Below, piece after piece: positions 25,900 through 37,764 of a stretch of 64,000 nucleotides of DNA. The stretch is taken from NCBI RefSeq assembly GCF_006345805.1, contig NC_043011.1, positions 16,690,464 to 16,754,463 on the forward strand, in the 5' to 3' direction. The DNA comes from Octopus sinensis. Lineage: Eukaryota. The stretch's first letter is position 1. Each line of letters begins with the position of its first letter. A program made the position numbers and the translations under genes. Under the pieces are notes generated by a model. It had not been told where the DNA came from and searched no databases. It saw nothing but the letters and a program-made list of their open reading frames with translations.

Positions 25900-26595
25900 T
25901 ATACAATATGTTACATTACTCGGTAGTCAAGATAAAACTCTGAGTTTCAGATGCCGAAGTGGAAATCCACAACACCATCTCTTCGGTTATCTGGCTATTT
26001 GAAAACGTTATGAAAAAATACCGTTAAAAATGAAGGGAAATTACTCTGTTATAACTGCTTTGCCTGCGTACTTATACATCGCTCGCATTTTTCGTCATAA
26101 TGGAAGATTTTGGCCAGATGTAAGCCCTATACTAAGGGCAGCGGAAGGTGCGGTTTATGCGACATGGAGAGATGGCTTATCTGGAAAAGCAGCTTAGACC
26201 CTACTACATGTCTAAATACAAGGACAGAGCTCTTCGGATCATGCCCACATGTGACTAAATTTCTGTTACGTTTTTGGTCCCCTAAAGAAAACGGATAGAA
26301 CATGCTTTCTGTGTTATGTCCCAAGAAGAATTTATATATTTTTATATATTTTTATATATTTTTATATATTTTTATGTATTTTTATATAATTTTTATGACG
26401 AAAAATGCGAGCGATGTATAAGTACGCAGGCAAAGCAGAGTTATAACAGAGTAATTTCCCTTCATTTTTAACGGTATTTTTTCATAACGTTTTCAAATAG
26501 CCAGATAACCGAAGAGATGGTGTTGTGGATTTCCACTTCGGCATCTGAAACTCAGAGTTTTATCTTGACTACCGAGTAATGTAACATATTGTATA
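25900..26595 (+). mobile_element. Penelope-like element 3-prime fragment with inverted pLTR
   Basis: ORF 26101-26298 ARCKPYTKGSGRCGLCDMERWLI..LNTRTELFGSCPHVTKFLL (PLE GIY-YIG C-terminus). Arms 25900-26100 and 26393-26595 are near-identical inverted repeats. Confidence 0.9.
26503..26565 (+). ncRNA. hammerhead-ribozyme-like motif (type I, variant core) in the pLTR; mirror copy at 25930-25992 on the minus strand
   Basis: Stem I AGATAA/TTATCT, core CCGAAGA, stem II GATG..CATC, (T)GAAA, stem III ACTC-A-GAGT, cleavage triplet GUU. Confidence 0.65.
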
Positions 26596-26663
26596 GATAA
26601 GTTTCCTCTATTTACATAATATTGAGGTCTCTTTCTTTCTTTTGTTATCTTACCGTTTTATCA

Positions 26664-26709
<46 letters not shown>

Positions 26710-26721
26710 ATATATATATAC

Positions 26722-26752
<31 letters not shown>

Positions 26753-26754
26753 CA

Positions 26755-26950
26755 TGTGTCTTTGTGTCTGTGTTTGTTTCCCATCATCTCTTGACAACCG
26801 GTGTTAGTGTGTTTACTTTCCCGTAATTTAGCGGTTCGGCAAGAGATAACAATAGAATAAATCCTTGGCTTAAGAAATATGTCCTAGGGTCGATTTATTC
26901 GACCAAAACTCCAGCATGGCTGCGGTCAAATGACTGAAAGCAGTAAAAGA
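26755..26950 (+). mobile_element. SINE family B 3-prime part
   Basis: CTTGACAACCGG..TTAGCGGTTCGGCAA..GCGGTCAAATGACTGAAA. Confidence 0.8.
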
Positions 26951-27284
26951 TCGTTTGTTAAACAAGCAATCGGTTGTTTTCTTGCTGAAGTACTTTTATC
27001 GCTATTCGCGATCTCTTCGTTGGCATGCCCTCTCTATTCGAGGTCTGCCTTGAGTCTGACATTGAAGAGAGAGCGCACATCATTAATGAGGTCATAAAAT
27101 GCGCCGAAAGGACTTTGACAAACAAACAACCTATTGATTCTTTTTAACCAACACATTAAACAGATGATCGATTTGTTGGTTGGATATTTAACCGATTGAT
27201 TAATACTAAAGAAGTGATATAGTGTTTATTGTTATTGGTGTAATGACGCACCAATACATAAATATATACTTTCCTCTCTACAAC

Positions 27285-27750
27285 AATACATGGTGGCTGT
27301 CCCGTCATTATCGAGTATGGCCATTGCACGAAGCTTAACTGTTATTGATGCTGTGATCGAATGTGACTTTTTAGCCCAGCTAAAGATCTACAATGTCTTG
27401 TACAGAATTGGCAGCTAAAACCTTTACCGGCAATAGCCGGCTGTAGTTGTAACTGGGCTTCATGTACCTTTGCATGTCGTTTAAGTCCTCCTGCCGAATT
27501 ACACTCTCTTCCACATGCCTGACAGATATGATTAGTATGATGTGTAACACCACCAGCAGTGGCCAGGTTGTCACTCATGACTACGAAGATGACTCTTGAG
27601 TCCAGCTTTACTGAGGCAGGGTCTTGCACAGACACTACATGTCAGCATCATAGCCAGACCCTTCCCATCTGGAAGCGTAACAGCGATGCCCTTCCTGACA
27701 TCTCTCCTTACTTTCTTATGCGCAACTCGAGATTTCTCAAGAAGGCATAG
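27285..27750 (-). mobile_element. RTE-like LINE 3-prime end encoding three tandem C2H2 zinc fingers (one frameshift)
   Basis: CSVCARPCLSKAGLKSHLRSH, then a frameshift near 27575, then CQACGRECNSAGGLKRHAKVH and CQFCTRHCRSLAGLKSHIRSQH. RTE-like 3-prime UTR TGGCCATACTCGATAATGACGGGACAGCC. Confidence 0.7.
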
Positions 27751-27799
27751 CTATTGATTACAACAATAATATACATACATACATACATACATACATACA

Positions 27800-28348
27800 T
27801 GGAATGAATATAGAGAATACCCCGGTCATTGAATACATACACAAACATAAATATAAGGAATACTAGTAGAATATTCCCATGAAAACATTTGTCAAGTGTA
27901 ACCGTAATAAACCGGATATTATTGTTTGAGACAGACAAGTAAAAGTACGTACCATCATTGAGGTCAGCTGCCCTGCTATTGTGAATATCTCTTTGAAAGT
28001 CAAAGAGAAAGAAGATAATTATAGACAACTGCTTCGAAAACTCCTGCTTCTACATCCGGATTACAAATTTACATTTATACCAATAATAATCGTGGCACTT
28101 GGTATTGTAAGTAAATGCCCAACCTTTAGTCTGGATATGCTTAGATTTTCAGAAAAAGAAATCAACCAACTGATTCGCACATTACAAATACAATCTGTAA
28201 AGGGAACAGTAAGACTAGGCAAGATTTTTCTCAGATTTAAAATGCAGCGTTCTTTTCGTTATTTACATTCCGGAGATGGAGCTTTGTATCTTTGTAAGAA
28301 ATCAGCTCCTTCTTCAAAGGAATGATTTAATGATTACAAACAAAAGAT
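27800..28348 (+). mobile_element. 5-prime-truncated R4-like LINE (REL domain), flanked on both sides by (CATA)n
   Basis: NIPMKTFVKC..KPDI..EVSCPA.VNISLKVKEKEDNY..HPDYKFTFIPIIIVALG. Confidence 0.8.
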
Positions 28349-28394
28349 ACATACATACATACATACATACATACATACATACATACATACTAAA

Positions 28395-29840
28395 TTACAT
28401 ACATACATACAAATGCCCTTGAATATCGTATCCTATCCTTTTGGCAACATCTTATAACCACCAAGTGTCGAAGTGCATCCTTTAAGCAAGTTTGCATACA
28501 TGAGGCTGATACATCATAAGACTTGGAAGGCAGCTCCTTGAGCAACAATCTTTGTCTGATTACCTATAATACATGTCCAAAGAAGTCGCACGACTCTACA
28601 GCAACGTAATATCAGATAAAAGGATGAGCCTATAAGAGCAGAAGACTATGCATGGATATGCTAGTAGAAATCTCCGTGATGATAGTAACGTTATCCATCA
28701 AAGCAGTTTATCATGAACCAATAGCTGGATTACTACCTCCCACTTTGAAGGGTATGCGTTTGCAATCCAGGAACAGGAAATATCAACCAAGTACCTGATG
28801 TAAAAAAGGGATATATACAAGGAAAGCCGAAAAACGTGACGACCGATGCAAACTTTGTGGAGTTCACACTGAAGATATCACCTACATCATAAGCAGTTGT
28901 CTGAAAATGTCACCACAGTATTATCTACTGATGAGATATGATGTTGTAGCTAGGACACTCTATAGTGAAATCTATCGGAAGGATAATGCCGAGGACAAAG
29001 AAATAAGGACCCACAATATAGTAGAAGCCATAGGCACTCATAATAAAAGGGAATACTGGTGGAATGTACCAGTGAAGACCTCAATAAAGTGTAAGCAAGA
29101 CAGACCTGATATAATGGTTTTGGATAGATAAGAGAAACTGTGCACAGTTGCGGAAATAGCTGCCCAGCAAGTGTTAACAAAACTGAAGATCAGTGAAAAC
29201 GAGAATACCCATGCTGAACTATTGAGAAATATGTAGTTATTCTATCCAGATTACAAGTTCAGGTTTATACCTGTAATTATTGGGGCCCTGGTATATGTAA
29301 CACACTGTGTAAATACCAATTTTGAGAAATTAGGCTTCTCAAAACCAGAAAAGAGAAAGCTAATTCGAAGACTACAGATCCAATCCATCACTAGAACTGT
29401 AAAAATCTGTAAAACTTCCCAGAAGTTTAGCATTTAAATATATATGAGCATATCTAGATGTGCAGCAATATGCATGAGAATACAAACATAAAACCTACAA
29501 ATCTGCGCATACATACATACATACATACATACATACATACATACATACATGCATACATACATACATACATACATACATACATACATGCTTACATATATAC
29601 ATACATACATACATACATGCATGCATACATACATACATACATACATACATACATACATACATACATACATACATACATACATACATACATACATGCATGC
29701 ATGCATACTTACATACAAACAAACAAGAATACTCTGGTGTTGATGTTGAAATTCCAATGAAGGAGCCTTGGATCTAGATTAGAAATCGGTTCTTTCTCTA
29801 TTGGTAAGAAATCTTGAAATAAAATGAATAATGATATACA
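28395..29840 (+). mobile_element. 5-prime-truncated R4-like LINE (thumb, CCHC, REL, 3-prime UTR with internal (CATA)n)
   Basis: FEGYAFAIQEQEISTKYL, RCKLCGVHTEDITYIISSC, YWWNVPVKTSIKCKQDRPDIM, YPDYKFRFIPVIIGAL. UTR shared with 162-450. Confidence 0.88.
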
Positions 29841-30001
29841 TATATGTGTGTGTATGTACGTACATGTATGTATGTATATGTATGTATGTATGTTTGTATG
29901 TATGTATAATTATTGTATATGTATATTGTATAATATGTACGTATATGTATATTGTATAATTTTCGACAAGTATTAAAGCACTCGATCAGTTAAAAAAATT
30001 A

Positions 30002-30300
30002 CCCAGGGATTTTCTTGGTTGAAATATTAATTTATTTCGCCATTTATCAAGCTGGCATAAAGCATCCGACACATCATAAACCGTTCTGGTGTTTTTCATG
30101 TAATATTTGATATTCGTAAATACTGGTTATATTTATCGAGAAGTTTATCATTTCCTCTGCGTTTCTCTCTGTCTTGTTCTATATTCACATGTTCATTCAA
30201 ACGTCAATTGTATCGAATACAATTTGCTGAACGGTCTTGTTGTTTTTACCCGCTTGAGAAATGGCGAATTAAATTAATATTTCGGCCAGGAAACCCTGGG
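30002..30300. mobile_element. MITE, about 43-bp TIRs, TA target duplication
   Basis: CCCAGGGATTTTCTTGGTTGAAATATTAATTTATTTCGCCATTT ... AAATGGCGAATTAAATTAATATTTCGGCCAGGAAACCCTGGG, flanked by TA. Confidence 0.8.
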
Positions 30301-30466
30301 TACCTGTACTTCACAAGACTTTAAGTGATTTTTAATACACACACACACAGAGGCATTTATGCCTGCATGCGTGTATGCATGTATGTATGTATGCACACAT
30401 ACATACACATGCATATATATGCATACATATGTACTTAACATATACACATGTACATACATACATGCA

Positions 30467-30513
<47 letters not shown>

Positions 30514-30517
30514 GTAT

Positions 30518-30775
30518 ATCACCGTGACCGTCCAGGCTATCAGATGTTGCTACACATCGCTGGTCACAATCCGCTTCGCATTGTTTTAGCCTTCAAATGA
30601 GCAGGCCAACAGATGAAAGAGTACAGCAGGGATCACCACCACCCCCTACCGGAGCCGTGTGGAGCGTTAAGTGTTTTCGCTCCATAAAAACTCACAACGC
30701 CCGGTCTGGGAATCGAAACCGCGATCCTACGACGACGAGTCCGCTGCCCTAATCACTAGGGCATTGCGCCTCCAC
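30518..30775 (-). mobile_element. SINE family C with tail Y, in TA-rich microsatellite
   Basis: Similar to 22366-22669. Confidence 0.88.
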
Positions 30776-32309
30776 ATATATATATATGTATACATATGTG
30801 TGAATATATGTATATATAATAAAGATGTGTGTGTACGTCAAGGCGTGTATATGCGTCTAAGGAAGTACTATTATATGAATTAAATTTTTCAACAATTGGA
30901 TTATGCTTAATACACAGAAAGCTTCAAATATATTGTACGTCTATGTTCATTAATGTTAAAATTTATTTGAACAGGTACGACCGATACATGAACTCTTGTA
31001 AAAGGTTAATACAATTAGAGCGTACATACTTTTCCTGGAATGTTCTAAGCGAACTAAAATTTATAATCTCGTATTTTCATTCCCCACCGATTCTTTATAT
31101 CGCAAAACCCACTATATGCACATCGAAGCTTTTAGAAATATTGCAAATAAGCATGCAAAAGAAATTACTTTGCTGTGTTGAGATCTTTTTTATTGTGCGT
31201 GTTTTTTACATTATAAGTGGTCTGTGAGTAGGAATTCTGCGAAAAGCCATTATATAGGAAAATTTAAGGATTTCACAAATAGATAAATAAATAATGAAGT
31301 TTAAAAAAACGTGAACTATGCTAATCAATGACCTACATAAAATGACAAAAGTAAAATAAAATAAAATCATAAGCAACAACAAAAACATTTACTCAACTTC
31401 ACTTGAAATATAATGTCTAATCCACAGGAATAGTATTGTAGGATGTAAAAAAAGATAATCAGGTTAGTATATTTGATTATTCTTAAGTAGGTGTATGAGT
31501 TCAAAACCTGGTGTTAATTTAAAGAACCATCAAACCCACATAAAGAAAAATTCAATTAGTGCTACCTTAAATGTGTACATGAATATATAAACCGTATATT
31601 TCATTGTATATGTACACATGTGTGTGCGCGTGTGTGTGTGTATGACTGTGTGTGTGTGTGTGTGTCTGTGTGTGTGTGTGTGCGTGTGCATGCGCGTGTG
31701 TGTATGTGTGCTCATATACATACGCACACATACACATGGATGGATAATTTCCGACAGAAACATTAAATGATATTAACTGAAAAGTGCAAAGGATTAGAAA
31801 TTCTAAAAATATTACCAACTACACTTTTGGTCGGCTTTGAGACAACCACACGCTAAAGAATTTCGCTTTGCAGCCATAAGGAATTGGTATCGATCCCACT
31901 GCCCCGTAACTCATTCAAACGTCTACTACTAGTATTTCAAACTATATGGGCGTGCGTGATAGGTCAGTTCAAGCAAAGCTGTCTTGGAGAGCTAACGTCT
32001 TAAGCTCATCGTTTAGGAAGTCGTCTCTACCTAGGCGCATGAGAAATTAGGAATAAAACATACATCTACTTCATATCATAAATACCCATGTGACAGCTTC
32101 TGTTTGATAGCGCAAGCGGCTAGGATTAGAAACCAAATCGCTTTCAGATCACATCCTATCATCTTGGAAAATGGACACTCAGTCACTTACTCGATATAAA
32201 AATTAATAATCCGACTCTTCGTTTTCTGCTGTGGTCTCTTTCTGATAATGTTTATTCCCTGTATAATATAACATACACCTATATTTGGTAAGACCTCTGC
32301 AACATTCAT

Positions 32310-32460
32310 AGATGTAGCTGTGTCGTAAACAATTTGCTTCCCAACTACATGGTTCTGGGTTCAGTCTTGCTGTGTACAACCCAGGGCAAGTGACTTCTAC
32401 TTTAGCCCCAGGCCGACCAAATACTTGTGAGTGGATTTATTAGAGGGAAACTGAAACACA
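32310..32460 (+). mobile_element. SINE family B 5-prime part, diverged
   Basis: Head motif similarity. Confidence 0.75.
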
Positions 32461-32591
32461 CACACACACACATGTATGTACATATGTTTATGTAAATATG
32501 TATATACATGTATATATATATATATTATATATATATATATATATTATATATATATATATATATACATGCATATATATAATATATATATACA

Positions 32592-32677
<86 letters not shown>

Positions 32678-32732
32678 TATATATATAGAGAGAGATATGT
32701 ATACATATGTATATATATGCATGTATGTATGT

Positions 32733-32811
<79 letters not shown>

Positions 32812-32819
32812 CCCTATTT

Positions 32820-33290
32820 TAGCGAGATGGCAACTACAGCCATCCAAAGAACTATAAGAAAAGAAGGACTAGACACACAAGCAGCCCACTCCGAACCCCC
32901 CTTTGAGAAGACACCGCACAAGGAAACGGATGAGGGGCAGCAACTAATGAACACTAGCAAACTGTCTCATCCGTGACACAGACTGATGCCAACGGGTAAA
33001 TGTTGTGTATAGAATACAACGTAACAAATGCAACAAGTTCTATGTGGGTAGCACAATAAGACCGTTACACGTTCGCATCAAATAACATCTGAACACGAGA
33101 GCCTCTCCCTTTAGAAAACATCTAGACAGATGCGGGAACACCGACAAAAGCATAAAAGTCACAATTGAAGCCAGTGAAATAAATTTTGGTAATCCAAGAA
33201 TTAAGGAAGCTATTCTCATAAATAGACTAGGGCCCCAAATTAACAGCAGGCTGGAGCTTGGCAGTCAGTATATTTTCTATGTACATCTGG
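32820..33290 (+). mobile_element. Penelope-like GIY-YIG endonuclease remnant
   Basis: NVVYRIQRNKCNKFYVGSTIRPLHVRIK*HL...RIKEAILINRLGPQINSR. Confidence 0.85.
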
Positions 33291-33711
33291 ATGCGTAGAG
33301 ATTCTTTTTTGATGACATGCTCATGTATTATTTATTAAACAAAGGTGGGGAGAGAGAAAAAAAGGAACCTGTACGTATTATACATAACTTAGAAGCAGCG
33401 CTACGGATGTGATAGCACAAACGAACTTGAGAAATGGTTGCCCTCACGCACTTCTCACGAGGAATTCCGGAAGGGGATTCCTGAGGCCAGTACAGAAACG
33501 CATCCGGGAATAAAAAGAAAAAAAAAACGTTGGAAAATCGATTATGGCAGTGACTCGATCAATTCCTAGCGATATCTGAAGAAGGAATTTTTTTATTCCG
33601 AAACATTATATCAAACTATGCCTGATTAAATTACAACAGATATTATAGTCCATTGTTGTTATAGTGCATTGTTATGTCATTCAAAACACATTATTGTTAT
33701 TATTATTATTA

Positions 33712-33738
<27 letters not shown>

Positions 33739-33742
<4 letters not shown>

Positions 33743-33921
33743 TAGTTTTATTTTTATAGCGTGCTTTCACTTCACTACCGAGCGCAGCTCTGTGTGCCTT
33801 GGGTATGTGCTGTGATCTCCGATGGTTATTGTATGGAAAATGTTCTGCGTAGGATGTGTGCAGTGCATAGTAGTGCAATTTTTTCTGTATGTTATATGTG
33901 TTTGTAAGTCCTGGTGTTTTG

Positions 33922-33922
<1 letters not shown>
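33739..33922 (-). mobile_element. 5-prime-truncated Dong-like R4 3-prime end inserted in a (TAA)n array
   Basis: PGLTNTYNIQK..(ALL.TAHILRRT)-like C-terminus plus a short UTR. (AAT)n on both flanks. Confidence 0.7.
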
Positions 33923-33962
<40 letters not shown>

Positions 33963-33976
33963 TATTATTATTATCA

Positions 33977-34007
<31 letters not shown>

Positions 34008-34072
34008 TTTTTACAAATAATACACAATACTTCAAGCGAACTACACAATACTGTCACATATTTATACATATA

Positions 34073-34590
34073 AAATGAAAGCGCATGGCTCTGTGGTTAG
34101 AGCATCGCGTTCACAATCATGAGGTAGTGAGTTCGATTCTCAAACCGGGCTATGTGCTGTACTCTTGAGTAACAAACTTTTATTTTACGCATTTCCAGTT
34201 CACTCAGCTGTAGAAATGAGTTGCGACGTCACTGGTGCCAAAGGCTATATCAGCTTTTGCATTATCTCTTGGATAACATCGGTAGTGTGGGGAGGAGAGA
34301 TGGTATGTATGGGCGACTACTGTTCTACCATAGACAACCTTGCTCTGACTTGTACTCCAGAACGTAACTATCTGGGTGCATTCCCATGATCATTCATGAC
34401 CGAAGGGGTTCTTTATCCTATATACATGTGTGTGTGTGTGTGTATGAGTTTTAATATTCGTCCCCCACCAACAGTGGACAATCGGTGTTGGTTCAAATCT
34501 CCGTAACTTAGTGGTTCGGGGAAAAGACCGATAGATTAAGTAACATGTTTCTAAAAAAATAAGTTCTGGGGTGGCTTCGTTCAACTAAAA
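34073..34590 (+). mobile_element. SINE family D head with a distinct tail (34073-34420), followed by a family B tail (34430-34590)
   Basis: Head AGCGCATGGCTCTGTGGTTAG..GAGTTCGATTC. Tail unlike X or Z. Confidence 0.75.
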
Positions 34591-34967
34591 CCTCTCAGGT
34601 CTGTACGTATATATATATATAAAACTTACTTGGAAGTGGATGCGTGGTGTTCGATCATATAATAACAAATTAAAAAATAAAATATATGCATGCATACATA
34701 CATATATGTACATACCTACATCAATATATATATATATATACATGCATATATGGGTACAGGACACACAAAAAAACGTAGAACGCAGCGAGAAACGAAAACA
34801 TAAAAGTAAAATCATGGAAACAGACTTTTTCAAACAACGAAAAAACAGAGTACAAGACATACAACGAAAGGGAAATGATGACAAGAACAGGACAGTAAAA
34901 ACAAAACAAGACAGTATTTGCATGTCATCCATTGTATAAGTGACTAAGTCACGGTCTTCACATAATA

Positions 34968-35022
<55 letters not shown>

Positions 35023-35125
35023 AGACACACATACATACACACCTATATATATATATACATATATGCGTGTGTCTGTGTGTTTGTGTGTACGAATATGTAT
35101 GCATATATATATATATATATATACA

Positions 35126-35476
35126 CTAGCAGTATCGCTCGGCGTTGCTCGGGTTTGTAAGGGAAATAACTATAGCAAAAAAATGGGAAAAAAATGATGG
35201 TAAATTTTTTTGAGAGTTAAAAAGGTCGAGTTGCGTTCCCTAGACAGTCTGTGGTTTGTGTTTCTGATTCTCGACCCCATGTCGAATCTATCGATTTTTT
35301 TTCAGAACTGGGGGAACTTTTCAAAATTTTCGCTGTGTTTGTTTTGAATTATGACATTGGGCTATGTGTGTGTCAAGTTTCATCAGAATCGGTTGAAAGC
35401 CGTGGTCAGGGTGAGGGTACAACCTAACAGACACACAGACACGCAGACAGACAAACTGCGTTTATATAGAGAGAGA
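35126..35476 (-). mobile_element. non-autonomous Helitron
   Basis: Near-identical to 19660-20044, with TC/CTAG ends. Confidence 0.85.
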
Positions 35477-35924
35477 TACCTAGATATACATAAACACACA
35501 CATATATATACATACATAATACATACATACATACATACATACATACACACATACATACATACATTGATACACACACGCAGACAGTCATAAGTAAATAGAC
35601 ACCCATATAATCTCTAAAATTTATTTAAATTAGAAATTATACATTATTCAAATTATCTAATAATTATTGTAATGTGAATATCTAATATCTAATATTTAAT
35701 ATCTAATATTTAATAACCATATGCAACATGTGTATGATATCATAGATATGTATCCCGGGAAAATTGTGGAAGTAAATTCGGCGTTTTTTTCTCAAAAGCA
35801 AGGTGGCAAAGACGTGTTTTCTAGCAACGTTTACATGTCTATAGGTTTAAAGACTGCAGAGTGGAGATAGTGGGGAACGAGTGATAAGAAGCAGAGGGAA
35901 GAGTCAAATAGAATGAGTGGTTTT

Positions 35925-36345
35925 CATCATCATTATTGTTCGACCGTGGTCGAGACAATGGAATTTGCTATGTTACGCCAGACTTCACGGCCCATCATAG
36001 CATTACGGAGGTCCTGTTGCTGGATGCCTGTATCCCTGGAGATTACATCAGGGTAGAACAGTGTGCGCCCTCTGATATCGCGAGCAGATGGCTTCCAGAG
36101 GAGAAGAGGAGAAATCGCCTCGTTTTCAGCTCTACAACAATGTCCAGCAAACTGGACTCTTCTACCTTTCACAAGAGATGATACAGGTGGTAGTTTCCCA
36201 TATATTTGTACTTTGGTTGGATGACGCTTCCACGAGAGATTTTGAGATCTCATGAGGAGGCGAGTGTAAGTTCCATCCAACCGCCTCTCAAGCTTCTTTG
36301 ATAACGTCCAGGTTTCTGAGCCATGGAAAAGACTATGGGTGGTTA
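35925..36345 (-). mobile_element. RTE-clade LINE 3-prime fragment
   Basis: HGSETWTLSKKLERRLDGTYTRLL..RRVQFAGHCCR..GREVWR, with a (TGA)n tail. Confidence 0.9.
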
Positions 36346-36548
36346 AGGGGAGACACAAAATGAAGATATTACTTGACGAAGACTAAACAGAGTAGATAAA
36401 GTTAATATTTGACTGAAGAAATGTTGTCAGTCCAGAATAGCAAAGGAATCAAAGTATTATTGTAGTTCATAGCACAAGATGAATCGATCGAGAACAACAG
36501 AGACGAGGAATAGAGTAGCGTAAGAAATTAAGCGTTAGGATAAGGGAG

Positions 36549-37062
36549 GGATCTTTACCTTTTGACCGACAGATTTAAAAAATATTTTTTTGTAAACACT
36601 TTCAAACTTCGGACACTGGTAGAATGTGTCATATAAAACATCGGTTACTGTTAGCATTTTATTTCACGTTGAAGTTGTAGTATTTCGGTAATTTCAACCA
36701 ATCAATGACGTGTATTCAGATGAATAAAATTACTGCTGTTGTTTGTCAATAAGAATTTCCGGCGGTGTGTATTTCGTTTGTCACTATTATTTATGACAAC
36801 CCTAACCCTAAAACCCTAACCCTACGATAGTTGTTGTTGACAAACAACGGCAGTAATTTTATTCAGCTGAATACAGGTCAATTGATTGGTTGTAATTACC
36901 GAAATACGAGAATGTGAAATAACTTCCTAAATATAAGCTTTTTTTCAAAAATTCTAAGAGTAAAAGATATTTTATATGACACATTCTACCAGTGTCTGAT
37001 GGTTGAAAGTGTTTAGCTGCTAAAAATTATTTTTAAATCTGTCGGTCAAAATGTAAAGATCC
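36549..37062. mobile_element. long-palindromic MITE with GGATCTTT termini, 8-bp TSD and central (CCCTAA)n
   Basis: TIR GGATCTTTAC(C/A)TTTTGACCGACAGATTT extends as an imperfect palindrome over about 200 bp. TSD TAAGGGAG (36541-36548) and TAAGGCAG (37063-37070). Confidence 0.88.
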
Positions 37063-37099
37063 TAAGGCAGTGTGAGTAATAAAACAAGATGTCGGTAGT

Positions 37100-37420
37100 G
37101 AAAAAAACTTTTAGCTAAAACGGTGAGAACGCTACAGCGCAAACTTTTTGCCTTCAGAAGACGATTTTGTGAAACTCAGCCAATACACGTTTTCTTAAGT
37201 CGGTTGACTGAGACGTACATAATAGCCTACTTCTTAACTCTCCTGATCTTACTCCGTCTGACTATCATCATCACGACAGTATTTAGTGAGAAAATAATTT
37301 ATCAACTTCGTTTTTGTATCTCGTTTGCAAGTTTCTTTGTGAACTCGTGTATTGAAGCAATAACAGACAGAGTCGACATCCATTGATAATGTTGCAAAAG
37401 TAACAAAAATTTTTAAAGAA
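37100..37420 (+). pseudogene. mariner remnant
   Basis: NSPDLTPSDYH motif only. Confidence 0.45.
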
Positions 37421-37764
37421 GAAAGAAAAGAAAAAAATATAAATAAGAAATTAGTGAAATCGAACCGGGAGTGTTTTAGATACTAAAGCTTTAAAAAAAT
37501 ATAACTCTCTCCAGACACAACAAATTTTATAAATTTGTTAAAAAGTAGCGTTTCTTTCTTTCAAAATCTGGAGAATTTTACACTCGAGGGATCAATAATT
37601 TGTTGTATAGATGAGATTATTTTATTAATAATGACGGGAGAGATGTTGATTAAATACATCAATTAATCCAAAGAAGTATTTGTGTCTTTTACATCATGAA
37701 ATGCGGCAGAATTTTCTTTCCAACCTAATGTACATGTGTATAAATGTGTATATAGCCGCACGTA

